A stretch of 64,000 nt of DNA from Euprymna scolopes (lineage: Eukaryota), in the NCBI GenBank assembly GCA_053919585.1, contig CM132819.1; one strand, given 5' to 3'. The notes beneath the pieces are model-generated. The model saw only the letters and a program-made list of their open reading frames with translations, was not told where the DNA came from and did no database searches. Positions within the stretch are counted from its first letter, which is position 1, and each line of letters starts with the position of its first letter. The position numbers and the translations under genes are program-made. Of this stretch, positions 51,839 to 63,666 are shown piece after piece.

Positions 51839-53086
51839 GAAAGGTGGAAAGGATACCTTCACCCGATTCTTTACACTATGAATATATAATTTACCTTCCT
51901 GAAATAATTATTCAAACTAAGATGCTTATTATAATTGAGACGATTTTAAATGATTTCAATAGCTCATCTAAATGTGAGGAGCTTATTTGAAAATGAGTTA
52001 TGACTTATGTTTAAAGTTTCCTCATTTTTTATTTATATTTTTTTTAAATATGACTATACAATAAAATATTGATTTGTCTGATGTATTTTTATTTAGACGT
52101 TATATGAGACATCCGACAAGATAACTTTATGTATTTAATATACATATAGTTAAAGTATAGAAAGAAAGGGATATATAGGAATACAAAAGTGAGCAGAGTT
52201 TTGCATATAACTAAGTGGTACAAATCTCAAATGCAAATGAGCCAACGTTCTTCTTAATCTATGGCAGTTATATGAAGTATAAAATAAAAAAAAGCTTTGC
52301 TTTCGGAAGAAGCTATCACAGAAATAGCTTGTCAATAGTAAAAGACAACATTGTTTGATGAGAGGGGAGGTTTTATTTACCTTGTACTATTTAAACACAG
52401 TAGGACGGGTTCGGTTTGTTCAAAAGACAAATATTAGGGATGACAATATTGACAAAAGAAGGGCAGAAAAAAAGTAGTGTGTGTAAAAGGGGCTTTGAAA
52501 GCCGAACCATCACTTTGCGCCACCAATTTTATTTTATTTTTTGAAAATCAGGTTATATGATAATTTGAAAGTGTCATGGCCGACTAATTAAATGGGAAAT
52601 ATATTTAAGGAAAGAATTTGAATTAACATGTTTGAAGATCTGTATTTACAGTATTTTTTTTGGACAAATTTAATTTTCTATTTGATCATACACATTACTA
52701 TACTCATTTTATTGGTTTGTCTCACGATGCTCTACCTTCCCCTCTTTTCAAAGTTCAATTTTCTGTAATTGGATTTTTTGTCAAATTCAGAAATAAATAC
52801 AGACAACCATGACAAGGTAAAAGTGCTAATGAATTATGCTATTAATAATTATCGCTTGTAGTAAGGGTTACACCTCCAATCTCCAGGAGATTGTCGCTCA
52901 GAACTGATTGGTAAACAATGTTAATATTTGTTGCTACATTAACAAATTTAGTATGAATTTTGAGTTCAAACAATTTGTTTAGAGGTCTAATATTACTACT
53001 TATTTTTAATTAAGTTTGACTTTAAGGCCCTTACTATTTTATTCAATAATCTAATTTTAACTTTTAGTAAGAAAATAAATATGTAA

Positions 53087-53120
<34 letters not shown>

Positions 53121-54154
53121 TCTCATTTGCGTGATGATGCCGAATTCTTAAGAGTTCCAGCTGAAACGTCTCAAAGTTTAGCTAAACATGTGTATAAACA
53201 TACACACATATATATATACATACACTACATAGTAGAAACTGCATTAGCTTTTAGAAAATATCTAATTGCAAAACTATATACTTATTTTGAAAAGGTACGA
53301 AGGGTAGACGTTCTCTCATTGTAGAAAAAAAATCTTAAAGTTATCCAAAATGCATAAATTTTTAAACTATCAGTGTAGATACATTCTAAGTAAGAAACTA
53401 AAAGATTAAGTTAGTAAACCGCAAAAGTGAACTTGCTATGAATTGTAAGCATAGAATAAACTTTTCTTTAAGATACCTACTAAAAATAACGTCATTAAAA
53501 ATTTTGAACGAAAATAAACCCAACAATAACTATCATAGCTGATGTAATTAGTCTCCACTTAACATGATTGAAGTTCACATTAGTGAGAATCAGTTATACT
53601 GGATTGACTAATGGGAACAAGAGATGTGTGTGATTAATGTGAGTGGGTATAAAAATTGATTTAATGGAAGATGAATATAAAAATGAATATAAAAGGGATT
53701 CTGAACGTTAATTTTTGTAAGTTGCCTGAAGAATTCCTCCACAGAATGAAAGAAACGTTTAAATGCAATATTTGCGATTTTTTTTGGATGTACTTGATCA
53801 TTTGCACTGCTATACTTATCCTGAATGTTATTCAAACAACGTTACAGCTAACGTAACCTCTGAACTTTTTTAAGTGTATCTTGTCAAACTGATAAATCTT
53901 GCTGCAAAACTCTAGAATCAGCACAAAATTTCGAATGAAACCAGATATTTAATCCACAGAGGTAGAACTCTATCGTTTCGTCAGCCACGATTGAATAGAA
54001 ATCTAAATTTGGAGTTGTATTTTTGTAATGCCTGCACTGAGGATTGAAGCTTCAACCCTTAAAAATGTGGCACTTTCAATTAAACTTTACATGGTATATC
54101 TGTTACACCTCGGGTTCTATTTCAAGTTCCATGCAGATTCCCGAGTTCGACAAG

Positions 54155-54240
54155 ATACATCTGAAGAAGCCCGGAGTTATATCGGCTGAAATGTGTGAAT
54201 AGCATGCAAGATGAGAACAGTGTTCTGAATAATCGAAATA
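54155..54240 (+). mobile_element. Family D Penelope-type repeat with a minimal hammerhead-like motif (representative copy)
   Basis: ATACAT CTGAAGA AGCC...GGCT GAAA followed by an AAGATGAGAACAG tail; related copies near 9570(-), 11797(+), 20070(-), 27051(+), 28730(-), 34050/34510(-), 34708(+) and 44640(+). Confidence 0.6.
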
Positions 54241-54338
54241 ATGCATTTATGTGCAACTTACTTGCAATATTTTTATAATTTTTTTGTACATACAATATGA
54301 CATTTGATCATTATATAAAGTTTAAAATTTGTACTTAC

Positions 54339-54494
54339 GGGTACAAGGCAAGGATCTGTCATCATCTTTGTGACGATAATACTGGTCTTCGCAAGTGCAT
54401 TCTTCAGAACCTTCCATGTTCGCATAAGAAAAAGGTGGACATTTCCGACATAATTCGTTTGAGGCATGCCATTTGTAAGTTCCAACAGGACATT
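54339..54494 (-). CDS. Eph: Eph receptor exon: Cys-rich/EGF-like module (xCPVGTYKWHASNELCRKCPPFSYANMEGSEECTCEDQYYRHKDDDRSLPCT)
   Basis: TTTCAG acceptor and GTAAGT donor; 156 bp, phase 1/1; CP.GT.K...C..CP..S....G...C.C...YYR......PCT pattern is typical of Eph receptors. Confidence 0.95.
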
Positions 54495-56610
54495 CTGAAA
54501 AATAAAGATATATTTAGAATTTTTGAATTGAATATCTATTATATAAAGTAAAGTTGGTCTCTTAATTTTCATAATTGCTAGCTTTCTACCAGCAAAATCA
54601 ATGCTTGATTCTAGCTCGTTTGTTTTCGTTAATCATGAAAGCATGTTGATAAATCAGAAAAATATAATTTGATTTACTTTCTAGAATATACTTTTACTGG
54701 ATCGGAATTATTTCTATATGGATGACACATTACAGGATATAACTCGATATTCCTTATTACAAAGTTACCTTCATTTATTTACAACAATGAAAAGTGAAAG
54801 AGCTCTGGGCAACGCCAGGTAATATCTACTTTATTAGCAAAATGGTGCATTTGTGTACACAGACATTCATATTCACAAATCATACTAAGCTTTTCTCTAT
54901 CAATCTGATTATTGTTAAAGCTACATTACTTTTCTGACATATTACAAACAAGGTTTTTTACTTACCATTTTATTGCAATGGGAAAGGCATTTTTTTGTTG
55001 TTACGAAATGATAATCAACATCTATGAGATTGGCTGGCCGAGTTCAGATTTTGTAGCAAGTGAATCGTTAATCGTTCAATACTTATCACATGTGTATGAA
55101 TATCATTTTACCCCTCATCTATACCTTCCCCATATTATTTTTGAGAACTAGATCCGAATATAGCACAATTCCATTATTTCAAAAAGTATGCATTAGAACA
55201 ATTTAAGAATGTTCATTTTTGCCTCCGTTTGCCTAACATAAAACTTAATTTCCGTGGACAGACTTTCTTTCTAAGAAAGTCTTGTTTATATAACCCATTA
55301 TCACCGGACTGCTTCAATCTGGGTTACAAGTTGATAGTCTTCAAATTTATTACCAAATACTCAACATAAAACGTCCTGATAGGTAATCAAATTTTGTTAA
55401 TTTCATTCATGATTTTCAATCCCTTCATATTTTTCACCATTCAGTAATCTATACATTTCATCAAATTTTATCCTCGAATAGCTTTTAGCGTTGAGAAATA
55501 TTGACAAACAAGTAAATTTATACTGCATCCATATGCTTGTTTTTTTCCAGTACTTTAACAAAGTGTGCACTCAAAGTAAGTACCCACGACCACCCCAACT
55601 AGCAGCGAAATCACACCCCTTCAGTGTAGAGATCTCCAGATGCCAAAAAGCTTTCTACTCTAATAACTTGTTTCGTTGGCCAACTTGCCTTTGAAATTCA
55701 CTTCCTGTTTTCTGAATGTGCAACATGAAGACATTTAAATGTTATGCCCACAAACACATTGCTGCATAACTTACAATACCGCTTCTAAATCTATTTCCTA
55801 ATCCTAATAGTCCTTACATTTCGGTGGTAATATGCCTTGTTTGAGGTGATTAATTTTGTTTGAAATAATTAAAATTTATTAAATTTATCTTGAAATGTAT
55901 TGCGACAAAAAATATTGAGATTAGAAGAAAATAATTGTTTAAAAGACAAAACAAATAAAATTTAAACGAAGAATAAAATATGACTTTTCATTTTTTTAGT
56001 AAGACCTTTAAATGTATAAAATACAAAAGAATAAAAATTAATTTTTGTTTGAAAACGAAAAGAAAGTCGTAATTTAGAGAAGGGGAGATGGACAAACTAA
56101 AAATTCTCACGAACAAGAATCACATAAATCATGAGCTTGGGAAAACGCGAGAAATGTCACCTAAAGACAGTTTTAGAAAATGTCTCCCTTTTCTTGCAGA
56201 CGGAAGAAAAATGGTTTAGTTGAAGGTTTGGCAAGCAAACCAATGGATTTGACACAGAATTATTTGTTCTGAGCAAACGCAAATACTACAAGAAAATTCC
56301 AGACTATCTTTATGATTTTATTCTACATTTTGTTTATTTTTCAGTTGGCACTAGGGAAGTATGCGAGATAACTAAATGGTCCATTTGTTTACAAATGAAA
56401 ATTACATCATAAATAAAACGAATTAACCTTTTATACGAATACTTGATAATTTATGGATTTTGTTGCATTTCAGAATATTTTTAGAAAAGAGACTGAATTG
56501 TGTAAGACCATGATTGTTTTATTAGAGTTTATAAAAGCAATTATGCTACATATTAAGAAAATTTTAGTATTCCAATTTTAAACCATTTGTAGTATTTTAA
56601 AAAAAATCAA

Positions 56611-57275
56611 CTTTTTTTTTACATAGGCATAACCACTTAGCAAGGCCCAAAGACCACTGGAGGACAAATGTTAAAAAGTGTACAGTAGTCAATTTGACAA
56701 TATAGTAATCGTTAGTAATGGAAATTCGGTAAATTTGTAAACTTAAGTGGAACAGCTCATCAAGAACTTGTTTATGTTGGACTTGAAGACAAGCATATTG
56801 TAGTCAACTGGAAAGCAGGAAAATAGAAGACAGTTCCACAGGCGTGCAGTTCTAAGAAAGAAGTTTTGTTCATGGAATCTAAGTTTAGGTTTAGGCACAG
56901 ATAAAGAGTGGGGGGAATTATTGATAGTGTTTTCAGCTCGAGTGTTTCTTGTGAAAGTTTGGCGAGGGGGGAATGGATTGAAGCTCAGTCGAGCACTTGC
57001 CATGAAAATAACGATAAAGCAAAAACAAACTCGCAACATCTCTTCTGTGAGAAAGAGGTTGCGGGGAAGATAAAAGGATATCTAAGAGGCTGCAAAGTCT
57101 ATTTTGAACTCTATCAAAGCAGGAAAAGTCATTTCTAGCAGCTCCTGCCCAGATGTGGCAACAGTACTCCATCCTTGGACATGTCTGGCTCTTATATAGG
57201 TAGAGAATCGCATCAGCAGTGAGATATCTACTGGATCGAACACCAAAGTGCAAACCAGTTCCTTGCCGACTATTA
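56611..57275 (-). mobile_element. 5'-truncated CR1-group (L2/Crack/Daphne-like) LINE with poly(A) tail
   Basis: LYLYKSQ..P.MEYCCHIWAGA...DRVQ...QPLSHRRDVASL.L.YRYFHG.CS.EL, typical post-RT region; T-run at 56612. Confidence 0.85.
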
Positions 57276-57632
57276 AAGTGCAGATCTGTTTCAAAGTATA
57301 AAACAATTTCTTACCGTTAACCAAATATCAGAACTATTTCTTAAGATTTGTGAGATTGTCTACAATTATTTTAACCATAGCTTAACGAAAGTATATAAAT
57401 AAAGTGCATTTAAAGGGTAGCTTATTTTATATTAACTAGCTTAATGCTATCCGAACAGAAGTTTAAAATTCTTTAACACACAAAAAAAGTAGGTGTGTGA
57501 GTTATGTAAGTTAAAAATAAGATTGAATATTCTGAAGACACATCCAGTCAACCAACATATTTGCCAATGAAAATGTCAGACTTACGCAGTACAAAGCAAA
57601 TAGATTGAGAGCTAGGCAGACACATTAACTAA

Positions 57633-57675
57633 ACTATTTCTCTGGTCTTTTGGCTAAGATCAAAATGTAGTATCT
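57633..57675 (+). pseudogene. U2 snRNA 5' fragment (about the first 40 nt)
   Basis: TTCTCTGGTCTTTTGGCTAAGATCAAAATGTAGTATCT matches U2 TTCTCGGCCTTTTGGCTAAGATCAA(A)GTGTAGTATCT; similarity stops just after the branch-point recognition region. Confidence 0.85.
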
Positions 57676-59134
57676 ACTTGGATACTACATTTGGATGTTT
57701 TCTATCCTATCCGTGCCCTTATCTACTGACGAAATTTTATTTTCAGCCTTATATGGCGTGTCACTTTTTGGGAGCTAGATTTTCCCCAGGTTAAAACATA
57801 CCCTGTATATCTGCTCTCGATGAAAATAAAGTAAATAGGGATTAACTAAAGGTAGAGGTACAGTTTATTAGAGCTGCATAGACAAGTCGAAAAATGCAGT
57901 TATGATATATAATGTTAAAACCCTCCTCTCCCTATGTTAAGAATGGATTGATCTGTTTGAGGATACCTAATTTTCCAGACAAATGGACAGTAGAATCAGG
58001 AAGTCAAACTAGCAGACAATAACTAACAAAAAAAAATGCTATTTTTAACATGACAGGCTAATGAAAATATTATGTAAAAGTATAGACCATTAGAGAAACA
58101 GTGTATTATAATAACGACGGCTGCCTCTGGAAATGCTCTTTCAAACGTTACAGACTGACGGACCGAATATTTTATTGAGATACTCAGACGTATTTAAAAT
58201 TGAAGCACAATCTGTGAAAACTGAATTTAGAATATAAAAATTTAGAATGGAAAAACTAAGAAAAAAGTTAAAAAAAAAAAGGTTTGTCAATTTGATTTCC
58301 TACAATATTCAATTATTCAAATCGGAAAATTCCAATTTTCCTACTTTTATTTTTGGCGCCATTGCTTTTTATTTATTGTTCAACTGACAACTTGGGAATC
58401 GTAAACTTCCACTCAAAATAAACGACTAAGCAATTTGAAGATGAAAAGAGATTCACACAAAGAAAGAACTTGGAGAATTTAAATAAAAGAAGAATGGTCG
58501 GAGAGCTGGTGGCAGGGGATTGCCATAATCATAGCATGTTTATCAGGTTTTATAGCGAGAATGTGAGGGCAAGAGAGGCAGCTTGCTTTGCTTAATCAGA
58601 CTTTTTTTTTTGATACCCCCCAACCTTGCTTTCTCATCAAAATATGTGTTCTGATAGTAATTATTACCTAATGAAATTCAGAGTTGAAGGGAAAAAAGCT
58701 AAAAGCATGGAAAGAAATAGCAAAGAACTTTGGATTTCAACCGTTCCTTATTAGAAATCGAAACAATTGAGAACAGAAGAAAAAAAATCGATAAAAAGAA
58801 CTTTTCAAAGATTTTCAATTCTGAAAATATAGTATTGCCCCCCCCCCTCCAATTTGAAAATTACCGTAAACGAAAACAAATTACATCTTTACACTTCTTT
58901 TTGTTGAAACATTTTCAATTAGGAAATTCAAGTTTTTTTTATATTTTCATTTTAAAATTGAAAATCTTAAATATTTAGCTCTCATTTTGTTTCTTTGCTT
59001 TATGACCCAATTTATTTAAATCTGAAACAATTACCATTGCAAATTATTATTAGAACACAGACTGCTATTTTGCCAGTAACTGAACAGGAATATTGGCTCA
59101 AATTTCCAACTTTAGTGCTCAGCTGAGCTTTAAT

Positions 59135-59450
59135 CTTTGCCTTTCCTCTGCAAAACATTCACAACAAACTCGCGCTAAGTTAGAACCGTTGTCAATAATT
59201 TCCTCCACTCTATATGCCTAAATCTAAGCGTAAATTCCATAAACAAAGTTTTTTTTAACGACTGTTCGCCTCTAGAACTCTTTTGCTCTGGATCTCTTTT
59301 CCATCTGAATGTAACACTCGTTTTTAAGTTCAATATAACAAGTTCTTGTTGAGACGTTCTTTTAAATAATCAAGTTTTACTCAATTGTCGACTATCTTAC
59401 TCTTATCTGTGTGTGTTCTTCAGGCCTTAAGCGGTGACTCCACTGTACAA
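59135..59450 (+). mobile_element. Older fragment of the same LINE family
   Basis: TCAATAATTTCCTCCACTCTATATGCCTAAATCTAAGCGTAAATTCCAT aligns with about 14560-14615. Confidence 0.65.
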
Positions 59451-59614
59451 CAAAATCACTTAACATCTAAATACCTTTGTTGAAGACTTTAATATCTGTT
59501 TAAGATTTCGCAAAATCCTGATTTTTATCTGGTTGTTTTTCATAGCACGTATCAGCAGATGAACGACATTTTGATGAATTTTTATAAAATTCATATCAGG
59601 AAATTATATTATAT

Positions 59615-60050
59615 AATACCCTAACCGGCTGTAATCGTAACTCCCTGTATTGATAATTCCTGAAAGGATGAAACACTAGTATCTGTAGGTATTAAAAATA
59701 ATTCTAGTAATAATTATGTTATCCCCTTTAAGAACTTTGTTCTTATTGTTGAACACAATGTTGAAATAAGTTGGTCACTTAAGCTTACAGGCGCAGATCA
59801 TGTTATAATCATAAGATCACACTAGCCGACTATGATATTCACACTTTATATAAATATTAATTTCAACTGTATTTCTTGTGGTTAACGTTGGGCCTGTGGT
59901 TTTTTTCCTTGCTAATGGAGTTAGAGATGGCTTCGTGTCCGGGTTCGAATCTCCCAACTGGCTATAATCTTAACTCCCTACACCGAGGATTCCCGAAAGG
60001 ATGACACACTAGTGTTTGTAAGTATTAAAAATAATCATAGTAATAATCAT
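59615..60050 (+). mobile_element. Tandem family C element: two decayed hammerheads 333 bp apart
   Basis: Motifs CTGTA TTGATAA TTCCTGAAAGGAT GAAA CACTAGTA TC TGTAG (59645) and CTACA CCGAGGA TTCCCGAAAGGAT GACA CACTAGTG TT TGTA (59978); B box GGGTTCGAATCTC at 59941. Confidence 0.7.
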
Positions 60051-60066
60051 ATCCATCTATTTATCG

Positions 60067-60117
<51 letters not shown>

Positions 60118-60410
60118 CTTCCCTGAATTAACTTGGATGTGTTTATTTGTTTTTCTGATAAAACGAACACGTTGCTTGGAGTAAACAACATGGATAAACG
60201 TTGTAACTGTCCACTGTTCTAGGAACTTGACAAATTTTTTTTTCGTAAATTGTTATAAAATATGATATCATTTTAGATTTAATATTTTTTTCTAACTTTT
60301 ACGGAATATTTGAAAGGTTTACTTTGGCATTGGAAACTTTCTTATTCAAATCCAGTTGAACTATAGCAAATTTGCTTTTTATATTATTACTCATACACAC
60401 ACACACATAT

Positions 60411-60573
60411 ATCATAATTTAGGAATTTAAAATTTGTGATTTGAAAAAGTTAAATTTCAAATATACAAATTTTATTGTCTGCGAGACAAATACAATATAG
60501 TGCATACAATAAAATTTCTATATTTGAAATTTAACTTTTTCAAAGCACAAATTTTAAATTCCTAAATTATGAT
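60411..60573. repeat. Long near-perfect palindrome: 72-bp arms, 19-nt loop
   Basis: 60411-60482 versus reverse complement of 60502-60573; 3 mismatches. Confidence 0.92.
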
Positions 60574-60716
60574 TTACTTGCTCTATCAAGTATATTGAGC
60601 AATCTTTATTTAGCTGGGATGGTTTTATATAAAATATTACATCCAATAATATTTCGTAAGACCGATACTCACTGGATTTGCACACCAGTAGGTTTATTGT
60701 ATTTCATTATTCTGAA

Positions 60717-60779
<63 letters not shown>

Positions 60780-60859
60780 ATAAAAACTCAATGTTGGCGC
60801 ATGATGTTTGTGTGTTCCCCAAAAAAAAGAAATATAAGAGAATCTACACGAAATCTTCA

Positions 60860-61280
60860 ACTGTATCATACAAAATTTACAAGAGATGACCATGGAAGTG
60901 TTCCATAATCTCTTAGTGTAATCAACAACGACTATTTTCACTTCATTATATTCTTGGTCTTTCTTTGTAAATTGAACCTGCTATCTGGACTGTTCTATAT
61001 TTACCAACTCAAGGATTAACATCTATTCTTTCAAGTTGACCACAGCATCGAAGTCTCTTTGCACACATCTCTCTATACTGTCCAAATGAAAACCAAGTCT
61101 TATAAATTCACTTTACACATCTATATCATAATTTACACATCGTTTTTCTCAGGTGAACACGTATCCTTAACTCTCACTGGCCCAGTTTCAGTCTAATACA
61201 TCATCCTGCATACAGTTGCCGGAATGACTCTTCTCGTTGGAATTGTTTATTAGTAATGACAGACGGTCCCTGAACCTACT
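60860..61280 (-). mobile_element. Decayed RTE-clade LINE fragment
   Basis: CCTTAACTCTCACTGGCCCAGTTTCAGTCTAATACATCA is homologous to about 44192-44230; WFSFGQ-like remnant downstream. Confidence 0.55.
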
Positions 61281-63545
61281 TCTATTTACTCCCTTATTCT
61301 TTCAAGCACATTAGTAGGTATTCCACCATGTGATCCCATAGTATCACAAAGGTAACAACAGTTTGATAACCTCAATACATGTCCAGGCTTTAGGAGCACC
61401 TTATATATGAGAGTGTACATTGAGCTATCAAATGTTACAACAGTGTTGTTGAGGATAAGCTCGATATTCAAAAGGATCTCAAAGACTTGGATGTTTAGAT
61501 AAGATTTTTTTGTTTGACAATCAGGCAGTGCCCAATCAAACATTTGCTACTGCTCAGACCTTAGTCCAATTGCCTCCACTAGTTATAAGCCAATGCTGGC
61601 AAAAGTTGCTAGTGACAGGTCTTGCTTGGGTAGGGAGAAAAAAATTCTAGATAATCTGGCCGAGACGCAGAGGGGAGAGTTGAATGTTGACTCAGCCAGA
61701 TGGTGGTGACAGTCGGAGGAAACAAAGAAAGATAAACATTAGAAAACCTGTCTTCCTAAAAACTTGCGTCCGGGTAGTGGTGGTGAAAGGTATATTGTAG
61801 GAATAGCCATACATGAGTAAGGGTCTTCTGTACGCAAGATATTTGTATGTTTCAACTGAAGTAACTTTATGATTGGCTGGAAATTAGATATCATTTACAT
61901 TGATAAATGGAAACCGTTCAACTCTGAATATACTTCATTAAATCCTATTAGTAAATTATGCAACATTTTCTTTAGTAATTGAATAACATGTGCTATTATT
62001 TTTATTTATTTTTTTTTGCTTTTTTAATTCTTCATGGCTATTGCTTTAATGTCTTGAGTGATGATCAAACGACCTAAAACATAATTTTCTTGTTGATTGT
62101 TGCACGTTCAAAAAAGAGAAGCGTGCAACATATTAAGGAGATAGTGATTTATATCTAACGCTGGCTCTTTTGTTAGCAAATAAGTAAAGAAAACTTACAA
62201 AGAGAGTGAGAGCTATTTCTCTTAGCTGTTTTTTAAAAGATGTTTATTTAAAAATATCTCCATATTAGCAAACTGCTAAACCAGATTAAGTATTTTTAAA
62301 TAAATTGTAGCAGAGGACATTATTTTGATGCGAGTGCCATGATATAGCAATAACAATTGAAACTTCGCTAAACAAAAGTTTTATTTCTAAGAATAAATGT
62401 TATTTAGTTTCAAATTTTCAAATCCGGATAAGAATTTTATATTTGCTATTATCATGGAAATTATTTAGTACTTAAGGAATGAAATTAGGTTTGCCTGCGT
62501 GCTGTAGATTAAATAACAGTATATATGAAACTACATACTCATATCTAACTGTTTTGTTCTACATACTAGAGAAATAGAGGGGAAAATGTCACCAAGTTAA
62601 TGCCCTTCAACCATCAAAATGAGGAAAATGACAGCATTTTGTTGATCGCTGTCCTGTTTGGCTCCCTCCCACGTTGTCATATAACGGCCCTTGCAAAGCT
62701 CTAAAGCGGGAAAAAATGACTTATGTTTGGCTTTTTATGTTTTTATTTTCTCTTGGTCTCTGTGAGCGTTCTGTTAGTCTGCTGCAGTCATTTATTATAT
62801 TTTTTTATTGTGTTTTGCTTTTAGGTGTGTAAAATGTCAGAACGAGCCAGCGAGAAGGATCCTATTTCAAGAGGGGTTACCCTATGTTGCTTTAGATCGA
62901 CTGTGTCCTACACTTCACCCCCATCTGTCCTGACTGCAAGAATGACCTTTTAGCAGGTAGGAAGGAAAAAGGTCTGCTTAGTTGGGTGATCAGGAACCGG
63001 GCGATGACAGTAATAGTGTGCCGCTTTGGGCTTTCTGCACACACACATAAATAGTATTCCCACTTAGAGAACAGTCATAAAAAACGCTGCAGACAATAAT
63101 ATCATCCTACCATGCTGAAGTCTAAATAACTTTGTAAATACTATATATATAACCCCAATTTTTACACATTGTTTGAATAATTGTGTGCGGAGGAGTTACT
63201 GTAATTAGCTGTATCTACCTGATGCAGCCCCGATACAATAAATTCGTTAGTTTTTAACTCATTTGCATATTATAAAAACCGATAGAGAAAAAGGAAGGCA
63301 ATTTGTTTGCAATAAAATACGAATAATTTCCTTTATAAATTGAAACTTTTAGGTTATACTTAAAAATGATTACCGCTATTCCTATTACATATATATATCA
63401 CTTCTAGTTTTACCTTAATTTATGGGCATGTTTATTCCCGTATATATATATATGATCGTTCAATGTATGGCAATCCTTAATTTACATACTTCTCACTATC
63501 TGTTAATTTCCTTAAATTAATGAAACAAACATTTGTGTAACTTAC

Positions 63546-63598
<53 letters not shown>

Positions 63599-63612
63599 AT
63601 ATATATGGCGAT

Positions 63613-63666
63613 TAAGCTACACTGAATATTCTGCGTTTCATCCAACTATAGGATTCGTCAGGCTTA
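63613..63666 (-). ncRNA. Type I hammerhead ribozyme (family B), intact core
   Basis: Minus strand reads TAAGC CTGACGA ATCC-TATAGTT-GGAT GAAA CGCAGAATATTCAGTG TA GCTTA; stems I, II and III all pair. Confidence 0.88.

Noticed and set aside
49497-51889. Multiple long RS/RE-rich or Leu/Ser-rich ORFs resembling SR proteins
   Set aside because: They arise from 27-, 34- and 19-bp tandem repeats. Two periods are not multiples of 3 and ORFs are open in many frames.
57586-57630. Possible upstream Eph exon ending at a GTAAGT donor
   Set aside because: The translation lacks the sushi-domain C.C..G. pattern and is not convincingly coding.
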